Below, one piece after another: positions 43,404-54,300 of a DNA stretch of 64,000 nucleotides; position 1 is the first letter of the stretch; each line of letters starts with the position of its first letter. Position numbers and translations under genes: made by a program. The stretch comes from Candidatus Eiseniibacteriota bacterium (GTDB lineage: Bacteria; Eisenbacteria; RBG-16-71-46; CAIMUX01; VGJL01), in contig CAWBWI010000003.1 in NCBI GenBank assembly GCA_963792585.1, positions 128,001-192,000 of the forward strand. Direction: 5' to 3'. A model generated the notes under the pieces. The model saw nothing but the letters and a program-made list of their open reading frames with translations. It was not told where the DNA came from and searched no databases.

Positions 43404-44444
43404 TCAGTGCAGGCACAGGAAGTCCCGATTTTCGATTAATCCCGACGACTCGAGTTCCGCGCGAATCAACTCCCTCGCCCCTACGACCCCCACGGCCACC
43501 AGGTAGAACGCATCACCGATGCCGCTCTTCGCGCCCTCGAAGGTGAGAACGGGGCGTCCCCTGCGCGTGCGATCGATCTTCAGCGGGTCGATGTCGACGA
43601 AGGCGACGACATCCCCGGCGGGCGCGCCACCGAGGCGGAGCTCTTCTTCCCATGCGCGCGCCAGACGCCGCCCGTCGCGCCCCGCGCCCCAGATCACAAT
43701 CGATCTGCCGGCGGCATGCACTGAAATCCACACACGCAGGTGGTGAAGCCGGCACCGGAGAAATGCAGCGGCGCTGTAGCGCGCGTCCCTCCGGGAAAGA
43801 CGTTCGGGATGATCGGTCCAAATGTACAAGCGGTCGGGTATGTTGTAGAGTCGTCCGCCGTCGAGGTGGATACGAAGCCACAGGTCATAATCTTCAGGCC
43901 AACCCATGTCGCGATAGCCGCCGACGTGATCGAGCGCCTCGGTTCGCATCACGACCGTCGGGTGAGCAAGAGGGCACTCGATCCAGATCTCCCGCGCGAC
44001 GCGGTCGGGATCGGTGCAACCGGCCAGCCAGTCGAGGTAGCGCCGCATTCCGGCGGTCACCTCCCCGGGCGTCTCGGTCCGGCAGCCGATGACGGCGGCG
44101 TTTTGATCGGCGTCCATCGCCGCGACCTGCCGCTCGAGCCGATCCGGAAGGCTCCGGTCGTCGGCGTCCTGACGCGCGAGGAGCGGGGCCCGCGCCTCGC
44201 GCCGGGCCGCTTCCAGAGCGAGGACGATTCCGCCGGGGGCGGGGGCGGAGAGGACCCGCACCCGAGAATCCGCCGCGGCCCAAGCTTGGAGCAGTTCGCG
44301 TGAATGGTCGGTTGAATGATCGTCCACGGCCAGGCACTCCCAGGCGGACAGAGTTTGCGCCCGGATCGACTCCATGCAGGCTGGAAGGGTCCGTTCCGCG
44401 TCACGAACCGGAAGGAGGATCGAGATTCTGGGTGGGGGTGCCAC
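43404..44444 (-). CDS. Glycosyltransferase family 2
   Basis: VDDHSTD, QDADD, EDYDLWLR. Confidence 0.9.
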   Translation of the reverse strand: MAPPPRISILLPVRDAERTLPACMESIRAQTLSAWECLAVDDHSTDHSRELLQAWAAADSRVRVLSAPAPGGIVLALEAARREARAPLLARQDADDRSLPDRLERQVAAMDADQNAAVIGCRTETPGEVTAGMRRYLDWLAGCTDPDRVAREIWIECPLAHPTVVMRTEALDHVGGYRDMGWPEDYDLWLRIHLDGGRLYNIPDRLYIWTDHPERLSRRDARYSAAAFLRCRLHHLRVWISVHAAGRSIVIWGAGRDGRRLARAWEEELRLGGAPAGDVVAFVDIDPLKIDRTRRGRPVLTFEGAKSGIGDAFYLVAVGVVGARELIRAELESSGLIENRDFLCLH

Positions 44445-44461
44445 AGGGGAGATCGTACGGG

Positions 44462-44854
44462 TCAGGGGCCGTGTCTACCAAGCCGGTCCCGACCCAGCAG
44501 GGTCGTGACCTGATCCAGCAGGTCCTTCTGGCGAAAGGGCTTGGCCAGAAAGGCGTCGGCACCATTGTCCCGAGCCTCCTGCTCTTCTACCCCGAGGCCC
44601 CGTGCGGTCAAGATCATGAAGGGAATGCTCGACTTTCGATCGGCCCGCACTCGTTTGAGCAGGTCGATCCCACTGATGCCCGGCATCATCAGGTCGGAAA
44701 TGACGAGATCCGGCGGGTCATCGCGGGAAAGCTGTCGCCAGGCCTCCTCGCCGTCCTCGGCGCACTCCACTTGATGGCCTGCCTTCACCAGGATGTAGGT
44801 CAAAATGCGGCGCAGGAACGGCTCATCGTCCACGACCAGGATCCGAGACCCCAT
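44462..44854 (-). CDS. Single-domain response regulator
   Basis: ILVVDDE, DLMMP, LTA, KPF. Confidence 0.92.
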   Translation of the reverse strand: MGSRILVVDDEPFLRRILTYILVKAGHQVECAEDGEEAWRQLSRDDPPDLVISDLMMPGISGIDLLKRVRADRKSSIPFMILTARGLGVEEQEARDNGADAFLAKPFRQKDLLDQVTTLLGRDRLGRHGP

Positions 44855-45161
44855 CCGCTCGCCCCCCCGACCTGACGGATTCGGACTGTCTACTCAAGAT
44901 TCTGAAACGACCCGCAGCGATACTCGCCGAAGTCGCCTTCCGCTCGCCAGTAAGATCTTATGCCCCCGCCCACGGGTCTCGATAAGCAAACCGCATCCTG
45001 AGTCGAGGTTAGGTCTTGTGCTGCAGGTCGCGTTTTCCCTACCCTTTGCGTGTATTTGCCCTTGGGGGCCCGCATGTGCGCAGCTGACCGGCTTGGGAGG
45101 GGGGACGACGGGAGGAGCCGGTAGGCGTCGGTCCCCGGCACCTGCCTGACGTCCCCGGGAG

Positions 45162-46919
45162 ATGGAGAGGTTCATGGAACCAGTCCGCGATTTCATCATC
45201 GGCCTCGGCGGCGAATCCGGGGAGGGGGTCGTCCTGGCGGGCGACATCCTCAACATCTGTGCGGCCCGGATGAACGTCCACAGCTCGAGCTTTCGAACCT
45301 TCCCGGCCGAGGCCCGCGGCGGCCCCTCCGTCGTCAAGATCCGGCTCGACAGGGACCACGTCTATAGCCTTGGCGACGAGTATGACATTTTGATCGCGTT
45401 CAACGAGGACGCTTACAAGCTCCACAGGCCGGACCTCGCCCCCCATGGCGTGCTGCTCATCGACGGCGACCCGGCCGACCCGATCTCGGAACGATTTCCG
45501 GAATTGAAGGGGCGGATCGTGTACCAGGTGCCGATGGACCGGATCGCCCGCAAGGAAATCGGAGATCCCAAGACCAAGAACATGGTCACGACAGGCGCCG
45601 CCGCCGCGCTATTCGGCTTCTCGCGCGCGCTCATCGAAAGCAATCTGCGGGATCGCTTCCTGAAGCGGGGCGAAAAGATGTACAACGACAACCTCGCGGG
45701 GTTCGTCGCCGGATACGACTATGTGACGACCCAGATCAAGAAGAGCGACCCCTATTGTATCGAGGCGGCCCCAGGGGACGGGTTCATGGTCCTCTCCGGA
45801 AACGAAGCGGTGGCGCTGGGCTCCCTCTACGCCGGATGCCGCTTCTTCGGCGGCTACCCGATCACCCCCGCCACGGAGGTCATGGAGATCCTCGCCGCGG
45901 AGCTTCCAAAGGTGGGCGGGGCGATGGTCCAACTCGAGGATGAGATTGCCTCGATCGGCGCCGTCCTTGGGGCTTCCTTCGCCGGCGTGCCTTCGATGAC
46001 CGCTACCTCGGGTCCCGGTCTTTCCCTGATGGCCGAGTTGATCGGGCTGGGCTCGATGGCCGAGCTTCCCTGCGTGATCGTCGACGTCCAGCGCGGCGGA
46101 CCGAGCACCGGTCTGCCGACGAAGACCGAGCAGGCCGATCTCTCCCTCGCCCTGGTCGCGTCCCATGGCGACGCGCCGCACGTCGTCCTGGCGCCGACAA
46201 CCATTCGCGACTGCTTCGAGATCATGCCTTACTCCTTCGAGATCGCGGAGCGGTATCAACTTCCGGTGATCGTTCTCTCCGAGCAGGCGCTCGGATTCCG
46301 CCGGGCCGATCTTCCAAAGACGTTGTTGACGGACCGAAACGTCCGCAAGACCGTCCAACCGACAGCCCGGTTGGAGGAGGACGGCCGGTACCTGCGCTAC
46401 AAGCTCACGCCCGACGGAGTCTCGCCTCGCGCGATCCCCGGCATGCCCGAACTCGCGCACGTGGTGACGGGGCTCGAGCACGGGGAAGATACGAAACCCG
46501 CCTACGATCCGACAACTCGGAACGCGCAGATGCAGAAGCGCCAGCGCAAGTTGGACGGCATCGTGCGCGACTACAAGAGCGTGTTGCGGTACGGCGACTC
46601 CGCGCCCGAGATCGGTGTGATCGGTTGGGGTTCGACCGCCGGCCCGATCCGCGAAGCTGTCGACTTGGCATGCAAGCAGGGCATCAAGACGGCCGGGCTC
46701 ATTCCACGCATGCTCTACCCGAGTCCGAACGACGATCTGCGCGACTTCGTGAGATCGTGCAAGAAGGTGATCGTCGTCGAGGGGAACATGACCGGGCAGT
46801 ATGCGAGCTTCCTGCGTTCGCAGCTCCCCGGGTTCGACCCGATCCAGTACAACCGCTATGACGGACTGCCCGTTCGACGGCTCGAGGTCCTACAGAAGAT
46901 CCAGGAGGTTGCGAGATGA
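45162..46919 (+). CDS. korA: 2-oxoacid:ferredoxin oxidoreductase alpha subunit
   Basis: GGESGEG, YPITPATE, QRGGPSTGLPTK. Confidence 0.9.
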   Translation: MERFMEPVRDFIIGLGGESGEGVVLAGDILNICAARMNVHSSSFRTFPAEARGGPSVVKIRLDRDHVYSLGDEYDILIAFNEDAYKLHRPDLAPHGVLLIDGDPADPISERFPELKGRIVYQVPMDRIARKEIGDPKTKNMVTTGAAAALFGFSRALIESNLRDRFLKRGEKMYNDNLAGFVAGYDYVTTQIKKSDPYCIEAAPGDGFMVLSGNEAVALGSLYAGCRFFGGYPITPATEVMEILAAELPKVGGAMVQLEDEIASIGAVLGASFAGVPSMTATSGPGLSLMAELIGLGSMAELPCVIVDVQRGGPSTGLPTKTEQADLSLALVASHGDAPHVVLAPTTIRDCFEIMPYSFEIAERYQLPVIVLSEQALGFRRADLPKTLLTDRNVRKTVQPTARLEEDGRYLRYKLTPDGVSPRAIPGMPELAHVVTGLEHGEDTKPAYDPTTRNAQMQKRQRKLDGIVRDYKSVLRYGDSAPEIGVIGWGSTAGPIREAVDLACKQGIKTAGLIPRMLYPSPNDDLRDFVRSCKKVIVVEGNMTGQYASFLRSQLPGFDPIQYNRYDGLPVRRLEVLQKIQEVAR

Positions 46920-47783
46920 ACCCGCCTGATGCCGCGGTGGTCCGCAAATCGGCAGACTACAAGAGCACCCGCAAACCGGTCTGGTGTCCGGGCTGCGGCG
47001 ACTACGGAGTGCTGAACTCGATCTTCGGAGCGCTCGCACAGATCCAGCTCGTGCCGGAGAAGGTCGCCGTCGTCTCGGGCATCGGCTGTTCGAGCCGGAT
47101 GCCCGGCTTCATCAAGGCCTACGGGTTCCACGGAGCTCACGGTCGCGCTCTCCCGGTCGCGGTGGGTGTGAAGGTCGCCAATCCTGATCTCGACGTACTG
47201 GTCGTCGGCGGCGACGGCGATGCCTTCTCGATCGGCGGCGGCCACATTGCGCACGTCGCCCGCCGGAACATCGACATGACCTACATCGTGATGGACAACG
47301 AGATCTACGGCCTCACCAAGGGGCAGACGTCGCCCACCTCCAACAAAGGCACGCACACGAAGGCGAGTCCGTACGGGAGCGTCGAGCGGCCCGTCGATCC
47401 GATCAGCCTGCTGCTCGCCTATGGAGCGACCTACGTCGCGCGAGGATTCTCCTCCAAGCCGAAGGAGCTCACGGCGATGGTCGAGGCGGGAATGAGGCAC
47501 CAGGGATTCTCGTTCATCCAGGTACTGAGTCCCTGTGTCACATTCAACAAGACGATCGGCTACGACTACTTCGATTCGCGGGTGGCACCCGCTGCCCGCC
47601 GATCACAAGACCGACGACCTGTTCGGCGCGATGCGCTACGCAGGCGAGCCGGATAAGTACTATCTGGGCGTCTTCTACGACGTCGAGCGCCCATCGTATA
47701 CGCACCAATTGTTCGAAGGCGGCCGACGCCCCAGCCCGGAGCCGCCGATCGACAACGAGAGGATCCTGAAGAGGTTCTCGTAG
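46916..47783 (+). CDS. korB: 2-oxoacid:ferredoxin oxidoreductase beta subunit (extra C near 47589)
   Basis: WCPGCGD, GDGD..IGG, YGLTKGQTSPT, SPCVTFN; C-terminus LGVFYDVERPSY in another frame. Confidence 0.88.
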
Positions 47784-47872
47784 GCGATTCGCTCCGGGGG
47801 GCGCGGGCGGTCGATGCATTCGACCGCCCGCACTCCCGGTACGGAGTTCGCGCGGGATACAGAGGCTGCGAG

Positions 47873-48379
47873 ATGAACCTTGCCCGTCTCCTCAGGCCCG
47901 AGCTGATCAAGCTCGAGATGGAGACGACAACTCCGCCGCAAACGGAGCCACCCCTTTCGCCGGAACGTTACGTTTGGCAGATCAAGGAGGCGGTCCTCGG
48001 GGAACTCTCGCGCCTGGTGGCCGACGGAGGACGCGTCGGCAGCCAGGGAAAGCTCTTCACCGACCTCGTCAACAGGGAGAAGAAGGCCAGCACCGGCCTG
48101 GTCCGTGGGATCGCAATCCCGCACGTGCGAACGATACATGCCCGGGAGCTGCTCTTCGCTTTCGCCCGTTCGACGCCCGGCCTCGAGTTCGATTCGCTCG
48201 ACGGAGAGCCGGCGCACCTCTTCTTCGTAATCGTCGCCCCGCCCTACGACGACCACCAGTACCTCAGGATCTACAAACAGATGGCGACGGCTTTCCATGC
48301 GACCGAAGTCCGCGAGGAATTCCTCCGGGCGACCGACGCAGGCGAAGTGATTCGCGCCATGCGCTTGATGGGCGACTAA
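47873..48379 (+). CDS. PTS IIA (Ntr/Fru-type) domain protein
   Basis: REKKASTG, IAIPHVR, FDSLDGEP. Confidence 0.88.
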   Translation: MNLARLLRPELIKLEMETTTPPQTEPPLSPERYVWQIKEAVLGELSRLVADGGRVGSQGKLFTDLVNREKKASTGLVRGIAIPHVRTIHARELLFAFARSTPGLEFDSLDGEPAHLFFVIVAPPYDDHQYLRIYKQMATAFHATEVREEFLRATDAGEVIRAMRLMGD

Positions 48380-48610
48380 TCGGTTGTATCAGGCGGTCCG
48401 GCCCGGCGACTGCGTGGAGTTACGCCGATCGGGATGAAACTTGGTCCATTCTGGTGGCTTGCATCCCGTCCAGAGGACGGATCAGTTTGGTCGGCGTACC
48501 GATTCACGATTGTCCCCCGAGGGACTGCTTCTCGGCCCCGGTCCAAGCACCTACAAGGCAGGCATCGCGGCGCCGGTCGCTTCCCTCGGGGACAAGATTC
48601 TCAATGGAGA

Positions 48611-50074
48611 TCAGAACTCGAGCCCGGAAAGATCCTGGCGGATCCTGGAGCGAGTCTCCCCGTCGATCCGGCCCGTCGCTTCGAGGCGGTCGAGTTCGTC
48701 CGTCCAGCTACGGTGCATGGCCGTGCCGGCGGACCACTCCCGTAGATCATGGTCGGTAGCCCCACGGGCGATGATCGCCGCCAGCGAGGGGTCGCCGCGG
48801 ACGATCTGCGTCGCGACCAGCGGCGGTCCCAGCCCCGCCTCACGCACGGGCAATAGGCCCACCCACCCGGTGAGAACCCGCGCCAGCCGCGCCTCGGCGT
48901 CAAGAACGCTGCATCGGTAGAGAGACCGAAGGAAACTTCCGACACACTCGCGCAGGGTGAGTCCCGAGGTGACCCCGACCACCGAGATTCCCGCCTCTGC
49001 CAATTCGAGGGCCGCGGCCGCAACCGACGGCATTCTCACAGAGTCGATGACGATGATCTCGGGATTCCATTCCATAAGGCCGGCCGCCGCCTCGCCGTCG
49101 AGCGGGCTGCCTACGTGCCGGGAGAGACCCGGGACATCCTCCCAGGCGACCCGTGGCGACTCCTCCAGCCAGAGGATAGGACCACGCGTCTTCGCATTGC
49201 CAAGCCACCCGGCCAGCGCCGTCGAACGGTAGCCATGCGGAAGGCCCGTCCAGAGAATCAGCCCCCGTCCCTGTTCGAGCAAGATCGAGAGCGCGTTCGC
49301 ATCGAGCCCGAGTTCCTCCGAGGAGGGGAGCTCCGATGACAGGGACGAGAGAAGCACCTGCAAGCCGCCGCCGGGTCTGCGGCTGCGGAGATGGAACCAT
49401 CCCGCCGGCCGCTCGAACCTGTGGTTGCGCGCCTCGCCTGGCTCGGGTACCGGCAATCGGAGACGCGCCAGCACGTCCTCGGTCGACATCCGTACGTGAT
49501 AGGATCGGACCTCTTCGCGCGAACACAGGATCGAGGTACCGTCGCGCATGACCAACGTGCCCCTCACGAGCGCTAGATCACGGAGCATCTCGTCGAGCGG
49601 ATCGTGGAGCGCCGCGGCCTTCTGGCCCGCCGGCTCGATCGCCCGACGGAAGACCTCGGGCAGCTCGTCGGCGATCGACTGCTTCTCCCTGAAAGTCGAT
49701 TCCTGCGTTGGACCCTGGATCTCGTCCCCCGCCAGCGCTCTCGCCTCGTCGATCAACCGCGCCGCCTCGAGGAGGATCGCCTCGGTGGATGCTTCGATCC
49801 GTCGTTCCGCCCCGGTCGGGGTCGGATCGAACGTAAACGTCCCCGTCGGCCATTGCACCGCCCCGAGGAGAATGCGTTCTCCGCGTCGCAGGGCGTCGTC
49901 CATGATGTCGAGGATCGCCCCGTCCTCGAAGTAGATGCGAACGGCATTGTCGTGGTTGCGAACCGTGAGGGTTCCCGTTCTACGATTCAGCATCAGGAAC
50001 TGGCAGAGGTCGAAGAGGGGAATCGCCTCCAGCCGTCCCGCGAGAGCGGCTTCGGTGCGGACGGTCTCAGTCAT
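48611..50074 (-). CDS. DUF4388 domain fused to a degenerate PilT-like ATPase
   Basis: LAGRLEAIPLFDLCQFL...RRTGTL...W..GTFTF...LLEAARLIDE; degenerate P-loop TGLPHGYRST. Confidence 0.75.
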   Translation of the reverse strand: MTETVRTEAALAGRLEAIPLFDLCQFLMLNRRTGTLTVRNHDNAVRIYFEDGAILDIMDDALRRGERILLGAVQWPTGTFTFDPTPTGAERRIEASTEAILLEAARLIDEARALAGDEIQGPTQESTFREKQSIADELPEVFRRAIEPAGQKAAALHDPLDEMLRDLALVRGTLVMRDGTSILCSREEVRSYHVRMSTEDVLARLRLPVPEPGEARNHRFERPAGWFHLRSRRPGGGLQVLLSSLSSELPSSEELGLDANALSILLEQGRGLILWTGLPHGYRSTALAGWLGNAKTRGPILWLEESPRVAWEDVPGLSRHVGSPLDGEAAAGLMEWNPEIIVIDSVRMPSVAAAALELAEAGISVVGVTSGLTLRECVGSFLRSLYRCSVLDAEARLARVLTGWVGLLPVREAGLGPPLVATQIVRGDPSLAAIIARGATDHDLREWSAGTAMHRSWTDELDRLEATGRIDGETRSRIRQDLSGLEF

Positions 50075-50097
50075 CGCGCGCGCCCGTCTTCACGGTT

Positions 50098-51213
50098 TCA
50101 TGCCGCCAGTTTCGGCTTTTCGATGAGCGCAGCGAACGGCTCCTTCGCCGCCGCGTGGAGATATGCATCTTGCGCGGTGACCACGCCGTCCTTGACGAGC
50201 TGCATCAGGTGGACGTCGAGCAACTGCATTCCGTCCTTGCGCGCCGTTTGCATCAGGGACGGGATCTGAAACGTCTTCTTCTCCCGGATGACGGATGAGA
50301 TCGCCACGCTCGCGAGGAGGATCTCGATCGCCGCAATGCGCCCTTTGCCGTCCGCCCTGCGCAACAGCCTCTGGGCCACGACCCCCCGCAATCCGTCGGC
50401 GAGCATCACGCGGATCTGCGATTGCTTGTCCTCCGGAAACGCATCGATGATCCGGTCGATCGTCTGTGCCGCGCTCGCCGTGTGGAGCGTGCCGAAGACG
50501 AGTTGTCCCGTCTCGGCCGCTGTGATGGCGAGTTGCATCGTCTCCAGATCGCGCATCTCCCCGACGAGGATGATATCGGGATCCTCGCGTAGCGCGGCGC
50601 GTAGGGCCGATGCGAACGAGCCGGCGGTCCGTCCGATCTCGCGATGGTTGATCAGGCACTGGACGTTCCGGTGGACGAACTCCACCGGATCTTCGATCGT
50701 GATGATGTGCCGCCGTTGCGTCTGATTGATGTGGTGGACGAGCGCGGCGAGTGTCGTCGACTTGCCGCTCCCCGGCGGGCCGGTCACGACGACGAGCCCC
50801 TTGCGCAGGTCGGCGAACCGCTTGATCTGCTCGGGAAGGCCGAGTTCCTCGAGCGTGTAGATCTTGGTCGGGAGCAGACGAAATGACCCAGCAATGCCGT
50901 GAATCTGCTCGAAGATGTTGCAGCGCACGCGTATCTCCCCTGTGAGCTCATATGCGAAGTCGATGTCGAGGTCGCGTTCGAACGCGCGACGCTGATCCTC
51001 GTTCATCATCTCGAAGAGCAGGTGACGGGTCTGCGCGGGGGCCAACTCGGGGTAGTCGATCGGGAAGATATCCCCATCGACGCGCAGCATCGGCGGGGAC
51101 CCCGTCGAGATGTGGAGGTCCGATGCGCCTTTGGCGCTGACCAGCCGGAAGATCGCGTCGATTGCCGCCAAGAACACCCCTCCCGGGATGCCCCTGGGGG
51201 ACACCCCGATCAA
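50098..51213 (-). CDS. pilT: Type IV pilus retraction ATPase
   Basis: ASDLHI, GPPGSGKSTT, TIEDPVE, LREDPDIILVGEMRD, GTLHT. Confidence 0.93.
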   Translation of the reverse strand: MIGVSPRGIPGGVFLAAIDAIFRLVSAKGASDLHISTGSPPMLRVDGDIFPIDYPELAPAQTRHLLFEMMNEDQRRAFERDLDIDFAYELTGEIRVRCNIFEQIHGIAGSFRLLPTKIYTLEELGLPEQIKRFADLRKGLVVVTGPPGSGKSTTLAALVHHINQTQRRHIITIEDPVEFVHRNVQCLINHREIGRTAGSFASALRAALREDPDIILVGEMRDLETMQLAITAAETGQLVFGTLHTASAAQTIDRIIDAFPEDKQSQIRVMLADGLRGVVAQRLLRRADGKGRIAAIEILLASVAISSVIREKKTFQIPSLMQTARKDGMQLLDVHLMQLVKDGVVTAQDAYLHAAAKEPFAALIEKPKLAA

Positions 51214-51272
51214 GTGATCGACCGTTTCTTACTGCTTCCTAAGGAGTTCCAGGGGTTGTTCTTGGACGCACC

Positions 51273-51302
51273 AAAGCCCGACCCCTCTACGGCGGCCGGG
51301 CT
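51273..51302 (-). terminator. Intrinsic terminator of the C25 gene
   Basis: On the minus strand AGCCCGGCC...GGTCGGGC followed by TTT. Confidence 0.55.
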
Positions 51303-51322
51303 CTGGCGCGCTCTGGATGGGT

Positions 51323-54300
51323 CTATTTCAGCAGGGTCACTTGCCGGACCTGCATGACCTCCGGGGTCTCCATCCTGACAAAGTAAATCCCTGAAGGGAG
51401 CGGATTTCCGGCGGCGTCGAGACCGTCGAAGTCCACCGTGTGCTCCCCTGGCGTGATGACGCCGTCGACGATGCTACGGACCATCCGTCCGGCGACGTCG
51501 TGGACGGCGATCGTCCCATGGGTCCGCTTGTCGGCCCGGTAGGTGACCGCCGTCCTCGGGTTGAACGGATTGGGTCTGCAGGAGACGAGGCCGACGGCAA
51601 GGCCGCTCGCGCCTTCCGGCGCGCCGGCGGCCGGGGTCTTCACCACCGCGAGTTGGAAGTCGTCCACCGCCGCTTCCAGCAGCGAGTTCGCACTTGCATC
51701 GCTCGCAACGAAGCGGAAGCGGATCTGGTTGGTGAACGGAACGAAGTCGCCGATGTTGAACGAATACTGGCCCCAGCTGTTCGCGCTCCCCGTCGTGTGC
51801 TCGAGGTGTACCCAGGTCGTCCCGTCCGAGGTGACGTCGACGTCCCAGAAATCCTCGTTCGGATTATTGCCGAGGTTGTTCGTGTACCAACGCCAGTAGC
51901 TCACCGTCGCGGACACGGCTCCCTGGAGAGAAAAGACCGGGGACAGGAGCGTGGTCTTCCCGCCGTCGACATCCTGCTCGCCGGCGGCGCCGCCGACGGC
52001 GCCGTTACCTGTGACCCAGCAGACCAGGCCCGGGTCGGCGGTGTGGTCGTACTCCGGCTGGCACTGCGAGCCGTTGTACGTGGTGCCGACCGGCTCGGCG
52101 CGCACCCAGAGACCGGACGCGGCGTTGTCGTCCGCCGCCCCACAGACCCATCCCCGGTCCTGCTCCGCATCATCGAGAAACGCGCCGACGGAAAGGTCGA
52201 AATCGAGACCGACGGCGTACTCCGCAGGATCGTGCGCAGCGAGGTGGAAAGGAATCGTCGCCGGACTCGGACAGGTCGGTGCGAGCGTCACCTGGAACGC
52301 GCTCATGAGGCCCGTGCCGCCGACGGGAACGCCGAGGCAGGTCCCTTGGCCGTCCGGGATCGTGACCGAAGGGTGGGTCGACGTCAGGGTCCCGGTCAAG
52401 GTGCGCGTCCCCGAATGGCCGCTGTTCGCGAGCCAGAGCTGGAGGTAGAAGGTCTCGCCGGGGTCCGCCACACCGTTGCCGTTTCCTCCCGGCGCCGAGT
52501 CGTCGATCAAGACCGGACCCGCCGCGAGGACCGGCGCCTGGATGGTGACACTGAACTCGCCGCCCCAGAGTCCTTCGTTGGAGTGCACGCCGTAGCTGAA
52601 GGTCGCGACGTGCTGGTCGGGCGTCAGGCTACTGAATACGGCGCCCCACGAGGAACTTGTCTCGCGGGCTCCGCCCGGCGGGACGTCCGGAATCGCCGGC
52701 TCGTTCAGAGTCATCGCGACAACGTACGCGTCCTCGGATCCGAGGACCGCCGAAACGCCCGTGGCGGTATCGACGCCGATGTTCCGCACGGTCAGATACA
52801 TGGCCACGTCTTCGCCCGCGTCCGCCTGGCCGTCATCGTCCCACCACTCGTCCCGGATCCGGTCCGATTCATAGACGAGGTATGGACCGCTCGGCTGGAT
52901 CACCTGGATCGTCCCGCTGTAGGGCCGCATGTTGTGCGCCGTGATCGTCATCGACATGAGCCCCGGCGTCGCGACCTGGCTCAGGTTCACCGTCGCGTGG
53001 CCGAGCGCATCGGCCCAAGCGACGTCGGCGATGCCGTCCTCCGTCTTGTGGACGAAGATCATGGCATTCGGGAAACCGGGAATCGTCACGTCGAAGCTCG
53101 CCTGGCCCGTGAGGATCGTCGCGGGCACCTGTACATTCGCCGTGATCGGAACCGCAGTCCAGATGTCGACCGAAGGATCGCCGAGAAGATTGTACATCTC
53201 GAAGTATCGGCGCGTCATCGAGATATTGCCGAAGTAGTCGTAGTACTTCAGCTTGCCGTAAAGGATCATCCCGCCCAGCCAAGTCCGATCCACCTCATTC
53301 GGGTTTTGATTATCGTAGAATCCTTGATAGACACGCTTCTCGAAGATATCGTCCTCGGTCCAGTACGAGGTGACCGAGGAACCGAAGAACGCCATCGCTC
53401 CGTGCGTCGCGCGGATCCACGTCTCCCCGAAACACTCGCTGCCATACGCGAAGTTTCCCGTGAGACAAGAGAAGCTCGTGACAAACGGATAGACCGTGTT
53501 CGTCAGGTTGCGCACATCCGTCTGGTAGAAGACCGGTCCATCGGCCCAGTATGTTTCGGCGCCGTGTCCCGAATAGGTCCCCTGCGAGCGGCCGGCGTTG
53601 AAGGCATCGCGCACCTGCTGGGTCGTCGCGCCGTATGTATGGACATAGAGCTTGTCGCTCGTGTAGCCGAGCGGCTGAAGATAGGTCGAGATGACGTAGT
53701 TGTGGGTTCCCTCGGAGACCGTGTAGTTGTCGCTCGACGCCATGAAGGTGGCGTGCTTCTCCCAGTCATCGTTGCCGGTCCAGCCGACCTGCTCGAAGTT
53801 CGTGATCTTCGCAATGATATTGTGGAGATCGGTCGGATTCGTCGCCGAAATGCGGCCGACCTGGACGTCCGGAAGATAGTCACTCCCCGCGAGCATCGCA
53901 TAGTTCAGGTCGGTCGGCGGATTATCCGCGCCGATCCCAATCCAATGGGGGATGTCGGGCGAGTCTCCGACGAAGAGGACGAACGTCGGCGGCACGGTCC
54001 AGGTATTGTAGGCGTTTTGAATATAGGCCTTGATCTGATCTCTTGTCGGACCCGTGTCGGTGGTCGTCGCGACCGTGATGCGGAAACCGCGTTCCCATTT
54101 GGTCGATATGAAGTCCATGAGCGGCAGATCATTGGCGAAGGCCGGAATCGTGATGACGAGGATACCGATCTCCCCGCCCGGCTGATAGCGCTCCTCCCCG
54201 CCGTTGAGCGCCGTCCGCACTACGGCGTCGTCGAACGGCGCCGAGGCATATCGCGTTCGGAGCGCACGCGTCTGCGCAGGGTCCGCACCGGCGAGGTCGA

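Noticed and set aside
44855..45161. Riboswitch upstream of korA
   Set aside because: No recognisable aptamer consensus; probably a divergent promoter region
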